IMG/VR virus record: IMGVR_UViG_3300035214_000047 | Length of the DNA stretch: 64,000 nucleotides | Reading direction: 5' to 3' (one strand) | Origin: an uncultured virus (IMG/VR IMGVR_UViG_3300035214_000047) | Taxonomy: Duplodnaviria > Heunggongvirae > Uroviricota > Caudoviricetes | Part shown: in pieces, positions 48,619 through 56,421 of the stretch | Numbering within the stretch: position 1 is the stretch's first letter | How the letters are laid out: each line of letters begins with the position of its first letter | Translations under genes and position numbers: made by a program | The notes under the pieces: model-generated | Seen by the model: only the letters and a program-made list of their open reading frames with translations | The model's database searches: none | What the model was told of the DNA's origin: nothing

Positions 48619-49196
48619 TACACTATTATTGGTTCAGTCTTTGGTTGGTCTTTTACTTCCCATCCTAATACTAAAGATGTTCTCGGATTTATTCCAAAGT
48701 ATGGTTTAACTCTATGTACTAGAAACCCAGGAAATATTATCAGTCTATTAGCTACAGGTTCTATGTTTACGGTATTATAAGGGTATTCAGCAAAAGTTAA
48801 ATTTTTGTATATACTTAATTCACCACCTACCCATTTTTCAGGTGTATAATCACTTTCTATATAATAGATTGCAGAAATTAAAGCACCTTCAACCTTATCG
48901 TGGTGTGGTTCATATAGATGATTGGTCACACTAGATTGGTCGTACTTCTTTAATCTACCTTTTTGAAAATTAGATAACTCTATATTATTATAGTCTATAT
49001 TGTTTGAAAGACAATAATTTACTATAGTTACATTTGCAATTTCCCAAAACTTCTTTTGACAAGGTGTAAAATTAAATGTATCTTGTCCTTTAATTGTAGT
49101 ATTAATTTTACTTTCTTCTTTTAACTGATTTATTAACTCTTTATCAGTTAAGAAATTATCTAATACATCTATTGTATCTGTAAACCTAATTTGCAT
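48618..49196 (-). CDS. 2OG-Fe(II) oxygenase (prolyl-hydroxylase-like)
   Basis: PHHD..AIYY..GGEL..NRLIIFPGFLVHRV..R. Confidence 0.88.
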   Translation of the reverse strand: MQIRFTDTIDVLDNFLTDKELINQLKEESKINTTIKGQDTFNFTPCQKKFWEIANVTIVNYCLSNNIDYNNIELSNFQKGRLKKYDQSSVTNHLYEPHHDKVEGALISAIYYIESDYTPEKWVGGELSIYKNLTFAEYPYNTVNIEPVANRLIIFPGFLVHRVKPYFGINPRTSLVLGWEVKDQPKTEPIIV

Positions 49197-49818
49197 AATT
49201 TATCCAATTCAAACCAGTTGTTGTTTCTTTATCTCTAATCCAAAAGTGGTCATATACTACATCTTTTTCAAAACCAAATTGTTGCATTATCTCTCTATGG
49301 TAAGGTTCTTTTTGTGCTTTCATTTGGTTCATAGATAAGTGTAAGTAATCAAAATAAGAACCAGAAGGACATAATATCTTTCTATCTTTAAATATATTAA
49401 TTGTTTCACACCACATTGTTCTTATCAATCGTCTTCTTTCTATTGCGCTTTTACTTCTCATATAACCAGGGTACTTTAAAGAGCCTACTATAACATAATC
49501 ATCATAGATATGAAACATACCTACACCTTTTATAAAAGTATTAGGTGTTTTATTATGTACCCACATCTTTTCACCAATATTCTTTTGTGCAAGGTTATAT
49601 GTTTCAATGTCTTCTTCTTTCTTACCTAACCATAAAAATAAATGTGCTTGTCTACTATCTATTCTAGGTATAAACGGAGTTTGTATAGGAAACTTATCTA
49701 ACTGAATTTCAATATCTGTATTATTAATTTTTAGTTTTGAAATATCAGGTTGCGATAAAGTTTCTTTGTACTCGTACATTTTCAATATATCTGTGCGTAA
49801 GTTTGTAAACACACTCAT
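49186..49818 (-). CDS. Hypothetical protein in the radical SAM cluster
   Basis: ORF overlapping both neighbours; the start may be the ATG at 49779. Confidence 0.7.
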   Translation of the reverse strand: MSVFTNLRTDILKMYEYKETLSQPDISKLKINNTDIEIQLDKFPIQTPFIPRIDSRQAHLFLWLGKKEEDIETYNLAQKNIGEKMWVHNKTPNTFIKGVGMFHIYDDYVIVGSLKYPGYMRSKSAIERRRLIRTMWCETINIFKDRKILCPSGSYFDYLHLSMNQMKAQKEPYHREIMQQFGFEKDVVYDHFWIRDKETTTGLNWINYAN

Positions 49819-50797
49819 CCAATTCTTCCCTCCATTTATAATCGTGGTTCATAAAGCATCCTAAAGTACATCTATCCAAAAATTCACAACTAGCACAATT
49901 ATATTTTTCTAAAAATTTATTTTCAATAATTGAATTGTCTCTTTTCTTTATAGGCGAAGCATATGCTACTATATCTTTTGGGTCCTGTACAAGATTACCA
50001 CATTGACATAATGTATTGTCTTGTAATATTAATTTACTTGTTCTACAACTAGCGTAATTTCTTTTCTTAAATATCCATTCTCTTACAGGCGAACATTGTG
50101 GATAGTTATCTATTATATACTTAAAGAACTTTAATAACTCCGTATCGCTAGGCATAAAGACTTTAGCGTGTTGGTCTGGTGTATAATAATCAAAATAAAT
50201 CTCATAACCTTCATCATATAAATGTTTGAAGTATGGATCGCCTTTTTCCAAATGAAACTTTATCATTGGTTTAGTTATTAACATTGAAAAAGATTTTATT
50301 TCTTTTCCCCAATAGATTACTTGTTGTTTAAATCGTTCTAAATCTTTTTCGTTAAATCTTCCTCTCGGGTCATAACTAGTAGTCATTGTTGCTTCAATAC
50401 CTTCCTGTTCAGACCAACTTAATAAATCTCTTAATAACTCATTACCTTCATCACTCATAACCAAATTACTAACCCAATTAATTTTTAATTTTTTATCATA
50501 GCGTTTGCATATCATTTGTATGCCTTTTGATAAAGTTTTATATGCGTGATTTAATTCTGTATTATAGATTGCAGGAGCAAAGACTTCGCCACCCATAATA
50601 TTAAATACAACACTCATCATTAATTCACTTCTGATAAATTTTTCTACAGGAATTACTTTATTGATTACGGTATCTATTCCAACCGTGTCGTTGTGATTTT
50701 GCCAACAGAACCCACACCTTAAATTACAGAATTCAAATAAATGAATTGTGTACTCTTGCTCTGGATCTCTTTTGGGGTCTATTAAAAATTCTCGCAT
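49745..50797 (-). CDS. Radical SAM enzyme 2 with a SPASM-like C-terminus
   Basis: CNLRCGFC, MGGE, C..CQC..CASCEFLDRCTLGC..C. Confidence 0.9.
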   Translation of the reverse strand: MREFLIDPKRDPEQEYTIHLFEFCNLRCGFCWQNHNDTVGIDTVINKVIPVEKFIRSELMMSVVFNIMGGEVFAPAIYNTELNHAYKTLSKGIQMICKRYDKKLKINWVSNLVMSDEGNELLRDLLSWSEQEGIEATMTTSYDPRGRFNEKDLERFKQQVIYWGKEIKSFSMLITKPMIKFHLEKGDPYFKHLYDEGYEIYFDYYTPDQHAKVFMPSDTELLKFFKYIIDNYPQCSPVREWIFKKRNYASCRTSKLILQDNTLCQCGNLVQDPKDIVAYASPIKKRDNSIIENKFLEKYNCASCEFLDRCTLGCFMNHDYKWREELDECVYKLTHRYIENVRVQRNFIAT

Positions 50798-50805
50798 TTA
50801 AACTC

Positions 50806-51921
50806 CTACGAGTTTGCGAATAGTCTGAATTTTCCTAGCGTATTTGAATCGTTATCTTTCTTTAAAGAAAAAAGATATTGTAAAAATGAGTAGTTAACAT
50901 TACTAACATCAAATCTTGGGATATACGCCAAAGACGGACTATTCGTCACCGTTTCATTAATTATTGTATCAAAGTCGCTTGATGATAAAGAATTACCACA
51001 AGCTTTATCAAATTGACTCATTGAGTAATCTGGATTTGGAATATTTTGAAAAGTTTGTAATGTACTAATTAAAGTTTTTAATGCAGTTTGTTTTTCACTT
51101 GTCAAATTATCAATTGTTATTGTATTCACATATCCAGCATTTGCAACAGGTTTAGCAGTAAAAACATCTGTATCAGCAAAGGCAGCCAATTCTGTAATTC
51201 CTTCAAAAGGGTTATCAGCATTTATAACAACATCATTTGCTGAATAACCTAATGCAGTTTGTTGAGATTTATTTAAAAGATTTAGAGCCGCATCCTCTCT
51301 AACATCTGTTAATATTTCTTTATAAAATCTTTGTAAAAACATATGGTAAGTAGTAAGTAAATTAGCTTCGTGTGAATTAGCGCCAGCAAAGTACTCTCCA
51401 AGCAATAATTCAATTGAGAAATCTAAATTAAGCGCTTTAACTCTATCTAAATCTAAAGTAGGTAGAACATTAACATATCCTAGAACATCTCCTAAACCTG
51501 TATTCAATTTAGTTAAATCTAAAGTATGTGTAGGTTGTAGTTGAGTATTTGCTGTGATTCTTTCGTTATGTAGATATAGGTCTAAGTATTTTACAATATT
51601 ATCACTATCAGCAAAAGGTAAGATAGTTTTTAACCATATAATAGAGTATTCTAAAAATGCTTGTGTATCGCAATATATAATAACTTTACTATTTAATGAT
51701 TTTTGTTTAGTACATACATCTTCAAAGAAACCAGTTAAGTCAGAATACTTACCTGACATTTCATTTCTATTCGTTGCATAGTTAATTAGTGTACCACTAT
51801 AAGCAGTCCCTAATTGTTCGTGCATTGCATTTCCTTTATCTTCGGAAATAACATATCTATTTGTATGACAATCTATTGAGTCATCAAAATTTAAATAAAC
51901 TTTATTAAACAGGTGTAGCAT
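50806..51921 (-). CDS. Hypothetical protein in the radical SAM cluster
   Basis: 371-aa ORF overlapping the upstream gene; no family recognised. Confidence 0.75.
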   Translation of the reverse strand: MLHLFNKVYLNFDDSIDCHTNRYVISEDKGNAMHEQLGTAYSGTLINYATNRNEMSGKYSDLTGFFEDVCTKQKSLNSKVIIYCDTQAFLEYSIIWLKTILPFADSDNIVKYLDLYLHNERITANTQLQPTHTLDLTKLNTGLGDVLGYVNVLPTLDLDRVKALNLDFSIELLLGEYFAGANSHEANLLTTYHMFLQRFYKEILTDVREDAALNLLNKSQQTALGYSANDVVINADNPFEGITELAAFADTDVFTAKPVANAGYVNTITIDNLTSEKQTALKTLISTLQTFQNIPNPDYSMSQFDKACGNSLSSSDFDTIINETVTNSPSLAYIPRFDVSNVNYSFLQYLFSLKKDNDSNTLGKFRLFANS

Positions 51922-52597
51922 TTAATTTTCCTATATCGGCTGTTTTAGCTTCGTTGTATTTTTTAGTATCAAATTTTCCTTCAGCAACTGCCCAAGTTAA
52001 TAAGAACAATGGGTTTTCTTTAACTCCCCAAAAATTAAATAGACTTTTACCTTTGAACATATATTCTGTGAAGTATTTAGTATAGTATTTAACATTTTTT
52101 TCATTAGTTTTGTTATAGTAAAAGTAAAAATCTTTATGTTTTAATAAACTAACAAAATTAATACCTTTTACATCATTACTATCGTCTTTAGGATAACTCT
52201 CAACAAACTCTTTAAAAGCACCTTCTCCAATAATAGACATATTATATAAAGGAAGACTTTCTAATTTATTTGCCCATAGTTCAATTATTTCTAAATTTTG
52301 AGAAATAAAAGCACCGTGAACAACATTTTTCATTAAACCTTTATGTTCAAAGAGAACTTGTATAGCAACTCTTTCTAACATAGGTACTTTGACTAACATT
52401 TGTGTTTCAAAATATGCTAATAATAATTCATCATCATAGTTTGACACATCACAAGGGATATCTAAATTACTTAAATAAGTTAAAAATTGTTGTCCTTGTA
52501 ACTCACTCTTTTGATAGTCTATAATATAACTTTGTGTTTTATCTTCAAAGTATTTTTTTAAATTCTTTAATTCAATTGGTACTATAGTTTCAATCAT
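51905..52597 (-). CDS. Hypothetical protein in the radical SAM cluster
   Basis: 230-aa ORF; TAATG coupling to the putative precursor gene. Confidence 0.75.
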   Translation of the reverse strand: MIETIVPIELKNLKKYFEDKTQSYIIDYQKSELQGQQFLTYLSNLDIPCDVSNYDDELLLAYFETQMLVKVPMLERVAIQVLFEHKGLMKNVVHGAFISQNLEIIELWANKLESLPLYNMSIIGEGAFKEFVESYPKDDSNDVKGINFVSLLKHKDFYFYYNKTNEKNVKYYTKYFTEYMFKGKSLFNFWGVKENPLFLLTWAVAEGKFDTKKYNEAKTADIGKLNATPV

Positions 52598-53370
52598 TAT
52601 CTTCTACTCCTACTGCCGTGGCAACTAGAGTGGCAACTTGAATGGCAAATCGTTTTAGTCATTGTATATGTGTTAGCTCTTTCACTGGTATAACTACTTG
52701 CTAATGTAGATAGATAATTTTCTACACTTGTTGAAGTAGCAAGTGCTCCTGTTGATAATGCACCTGGTTGACTAGGCGTCAAGGTGACTCTTTGTGCTGT
52801 TGTTAAATGTGCAATTTCTGTTTGATTATATTGTTGAGCACCACCTGTTAAATTTACTACAGCATTGCAATTTTTAATATTAGTGTAATTATTCATTTCA
52901 TTTTTTAAAGTAGAGTAAATATCATAAGCGTCAATAAGACTTCCTGTATTACCAATATTACCACCAGTTACTCCAACGCTAACTGCTGAAACTTCTGTCA
53001 ATGTTGAAATCGTTCCAATCGCTCCAGAAGAAGCACCAGTTAAAATATCATTTTGTAAAAAATTCGTTTGTCCAGAACCTGGAACTATGTTTCTAACTTT
53101 CAATGTATTACTAGAATAAGATACAACAACTCCTGTTGTAGCTGATATGCTTCCAGTAACCGTTTCGTTAACCGTAAATGTTCCTGTGGTATTAATAAGG
53201 ACTAAAGACATACCATCAACTACTCCACCAAAATCAGCGGTGGTAAACGCTGAGTGTCCTGGTAAGTTATCTGTACCCCATACTATACTAGTATCTGCTA
53301 CATCTGTTACCAATTCTTTAAATCTATCTACTATGTTCTGTGCCGTTATCGGACTTGTTAATGTTACCAT
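52597..53370 (-). CDS. Virion-like protein with C-terminal (CHxS)3-RSRR; putative radical SAM substrate
   Basis: Thr/Ser/Gly-rich body with baseplate-type F..NETVTG..S repeats; ends TICHSSCHSSCHGSRSRR. Confidence 0.75.
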   Translation of the reverse strand: MVTLTSPITAQNIVDRFKELVTDVADTSIVWGTDNLPGHSAFTTADFGGVVDGMSLVLINTTGTFTVNETVTGSISATTGVVVSYSSNTLKVRNIVPGSGQTNFLQNDILTGASSGAIGTISTLTEVSAVSVGVTGGNIGNTGSLIDAYDIYSTLKNEMNNYTNIKNCNAVVNLTGGAQQYNQTEIAHLTTAQRVTLTPSQPGALSTGALATSTSVENYLSTLASSYTSERANTYTMTKTICHSSCHSSCHGSRSRR

Positions 53371-54398
53371 ATCGCCTCACTTTTATTTTGCGCCAAATGT
53401 TTCATAAGAGATTTAGGAGCACCACATATGTCTCCTTGCCATCCTAATTGGTGACAATCGCCACCACAATACTTGAAAACAGGACATTCCCAACAAATTG
53501 GGTTTCTTGCCACTTCACAAGCAATGACTTCTAATCTCTTTGGATTATTTATAAGACCAACTAAAGGGTCATCCAAAGTACCAAAGTTGAATTCAGGAGC
53601 AGCATTCGGACAACCACCTATTGTGCCAGTTGCGTTAAGTGTAAAGAGCTTTTGTTCACAATTTCTACAAAAAGTTCCTTGCTCCGTATCACCAGAAGTA
53701 AACTTTGAGTAAATAGTTTCTAAAAATTCATTATCAAACCACTTTCTTGCCTTATATTGTATCATTTGTTCGTGCATTTTTAGAAACCACTTGTCTTGTT
53801 CTATATTTGAAGGGAATATTTCAGGATGTAAGTTAGCGTTACCATTACCAGTCAATCGTTCAAGTGCCATTTCTTTAACACCCAAATCTTGCACCCATTT
53901 TAATAATTCAATTGGCTCAATTGCTATCGTATCTTTGGTTACTGATATAAAGAGTTTAATGTCTACACCTTCATCAATTAAAGTAGCAACATTTCGTTTC
54001 CATAAGTTTAATTGTTTCTCATTTTCAAAACGAATATCAGGATCCCAACTAGTTCCACATCTATTCCCTAATGGTCCCTTTATAAAATCTATATGTTCTT
54101 GTTTTAGTTTGAAAACCAAGTTAGTGGTTACACCATAAGATTGATTGCCCCACAAATCTTTAGTTGCGTCATACACATATTGCATTTCAGATACAGGAAC
54201 TAAAAATGGTTCCCCACCGTGAAACTCTAAATGAGCGCTATCGTTTTTTTGTGAATTGTATTTACGGAAATCGTTTAACCATTTAATAACCTTTGTAGTA
54301 TCCCAATATACTTTAGGTCCATTAATGCCAGAAGTGAAACAATGTTTACAATTTAAATTACAAGTTTCGGTTGTTTTTAAATAAAACATCCAATTCAT
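53364..54398 (-). CDS. Radical SAM/SPASM enzyme 1
   Basis: CNLNCKHC, FHGGEP, SPASM-like CRNC..GTIGGCPN..CWECPVFKYCGGDC..C. Confidence 0.93.
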   Translation of the reverse strand: MNWMFYLKTTETCNLNCKHCFTSGINGPKVYWDTTKVIKWLNDFRKYNSQKNDSAHLEFHGGEPFLVPVSEMQYVYDATKDLWGNQSYGVTTNLVFKLKQEHIDFIKGPLGNRCGTSWDPDIRFENEKQLNLWKRNVATLIDEGVDIKLFISVTKDTIAIEPIELLKWVQDLGVKEMALERLTGNGNANLHPEIFPSNIEQDKWFLKMHEQMIQYKARKWFDNEFLETIYSKFTSGDTEQGTFCRNCEQKLFTLNATGTIGGCPNAAPEFNFGTLDDPLVGLINNPKRLEVIACEVARNPICWECPVFKYCGGDCHQLGWQGDICGAPKSLMKHLAQNKSEAIW

Positions 54399-54886
54399 TA
54401 TATAACTCCAATACTTAACCCCCAGGTATCAGCTTCACTTTCAACAAAGTGTTCAACACCTTGTTCAATGATAATTCCTTCATCATCATATAAAGGTTTA
54501 ACCTCATTATTAATATTTACTTTCTTTTTTCCTTTTACAACATATAAGTAAACATCTTTATCATCTTTATGAGGTTTGAAACTAATGCCAGCAGTTTGAT
54601 TAACAAATAAATGAATATCTTGTCTTGTCTTACCTGTGATATTCTTTACTACTTCATCTAATACTTCTTTTAACCAAACAACATCTTCTAAACCTTCCAC
54701 CTTAACAATTTTAAACCTGTTATACTCTCTCAACCATTCACCATAACTCATATGTTCTTTAGCCTCACGGTCAAGTCCATTCTCGTCTATGTAAAATAGT
54801 TGTCTTGCTTCGTATCTAGTGTGTGATTGGATTTCTTCTCTTAATCTCTTAATCCATAATAGAGTTTGTTCGTCTTTACTACTCAT
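54398..54886 (-). CDS. Cupin / JmjC-like protein
   Basis: SFKPHKDDKDVYLYVVKGKK..IEQGVEH (HxD...H). Confidence 0.75.
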   Translation of the reverse strand: MSSKDEQTLLWIKRLREEIQSHTRYEARQLFYIDENGLDREAKEHMSYGEWLREYNRFKIVKVEGLEDVVWLKEVLDEVVKNITGKTRQDIHLFVNQTAGISFKPHKDDKDVYLYVVKGKKKVNINNEVKPLYDDEGIIIEQGVEHFVESEADTWGLSIGVI

Positions 54887-54895
54887 AATCTACTC

Positions 54896-56194
54896 CTACT
54901 TACCAACAACTATTTCAACTAATCTTTCTCCTGTTGAATCGTCATTGACTAAAGATTTACCAATTAATGTTCCTGGTCTTGGTTCTGCTTCTGCTCTACC
55001 ACAACCTGCTTGTTCACAACTTACTATCATATCACCTTTTTTAACTGGTCCACATACTTTACAAGAAACTCTTCCTGTTAATGCAACAGCAACTGACATT
55101 CCTTCTAAACTTCCGTTCATTATAAACGCTGGTTTTTCTGATACAACACCAACAACTTTTGAACAATGATTATCTTTACATTGAGTTACCTCGGCAGTTC
55201 CACCTATACATAATACCGTTCCTACTTCGTATTCTTTATCAACAAGATATTTTTCTGCCAAGTCAGCATAATTTGCTTGTGTAGAAGTTGTAGTTAATGT
55301 ATTAGTAGAAGGATTGTAATAAAAATCTGTATCTGTTTTTAATCCATTGTTACCTGTAGCATTATCACTAAAGGTAATAAATCTTGTTGCGTTAGTACTA
55401 TTATCAGCAGTTAAAGCAACTTGACTTGCAGTAGCAGCAAGACCTGTAATATTATTTGCAATTAAAGTGTCTACGGTTAATGTTGAAGTTGGAAAATCTT
55501 TTAATTTAGCAATCGTTATTGAAGCGTCAGCTATTTGGTCTGTACTTACAGCAGAATTTGCTAACATAGTTTGAGTAACCGTACCTGTATCAGCAGTAGT
55601 AATTACGGTTCCTGATATATCTGGTATAGTAATTGTATTAGCAGCAGTTGGGTCAGTAACCCTTATCGTTGTTGCAAAAGCATCCGAAGTAGCGCCTTCC
55701 ATTAAAAATTCAGCACCATTGATTGTTAATCCTGTACCAACTATTGCTCCACCAGTAATTCCACCAGTAGTAGTTAGGTTTTCGTTACCGAAACTTATAG
55801 CACCACCTGTTGCAATTATTGAACCACTTGAAAGGGTTAAATCTCCTATCTCAACAGAAGTTGCAACATCTATAGTATTAATACCTGTTAAATCTGTGTT
55901 TATACCAAGTGTTAATGTATCTGGTGCTGAAACTAACGCAGTTATTCCTGTTGTTGTACTTACGGTTAATGTATTACCAGAAGCAACCGCTTGTGAGTTT
56001 TGGCCATCTGTTAATGTGAAACCAGCAGCGGCAATTGCAATTCCATTAATTTCGTTAACAGCACCTATAACCGTAGTTGCTGATAATGAAGCGTCCAATG
56101 TTGCAATATCACCAAAGTCAGATAAAGCTAGAGCATTAAACTCTATCCTTAACTTGTCTAAACTATCTGTCGTTGCTACTTGTCTAACTGCCAT
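54896..56194 (-). CDS. Tail fibre protein with a C-terminal chaperone-like domain
   Basis: T/G/A-rich shaft; C-terminal YADLAEKY..GVVSEKPA..VALTGRV..KGD..IGKSL. Confidence 0.8.
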   Translation of the reverse strand: MAVRQVATTDSLDKLRIEFNALALSDFGDIATLDASLSATTVIGAVNEINGIAIAAAGFTLTDGQNSQAVASGNTLTVSTTTGITALVSAPDTLTLGINTDLTGINTIDVATSVEIGDLTLSSGSIIATGGAISFGNENLTTTGGITGGAIVGTGLTINGAEFLMEGATSDAFATTIRVTDPTAANTITIPDISGTVITTADTGTVTQTMLANSAVSTDQIADASITIAKLKDFPTSTLTVDTLIANNITGLAATASQVALTADNSTNATRFITFSDNATGNNGLKTDTDFYYNPSTNTLTTTSTQANYADLAEKYLVDKEYEVGTVLCIGGTAEVTQCKDNHCSKVVGVVSEKPAFIMNGSLEGMSVAVALTGRVSCKVCGPVKKGDMIVSCEQAGCGRAEAEPRPGTLIGKSLVNDDSTGERLVEIVVGK

Positions 56195-56417
56195 TTCCGT
56201 TACCGTTCTTTATTATATTTTTAATTTCTATTAATTCTGCTTTCAAAGTATTTATTTCTCTACATATATCTTGCATTTTATTTTTATCTACTTCTCGTTG
56301 TTGTTTTCTAGCTATATAAATTTCATAATCACTAGAACTTGTATTTACAATAGCATTTGAACTTATATCTCTTTGTAAACTTTCAAACTTCAATACTTTA
56401 ACCAAATTGTTTATCAT
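56184..56417 (-). CDS. Small conserved hypothetical protein
   Basis: LQRDISSNAIVNT..Y..Y..coiled coil; follows the VrlC-like gene. Confidence 0.75.
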   Translation of the reverse strand: MINNLVKVLKFESLQRDISSNAIVNTSSSDYEIYIARKQQREVDKNKMQDICREINTLKAELIEIKNIIKNGNGNGS

Positions 56418-56421
56418 TTAA

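Noticed and set aside
52600..52647. CHSSCH read as a c-type heme attachment motif
   Set aside because: The spacing is CX3CH with shared cysteines rather than CXXCH, and there is no signal peptide or cytochrome c maturation gene; kept only as a remote alternative
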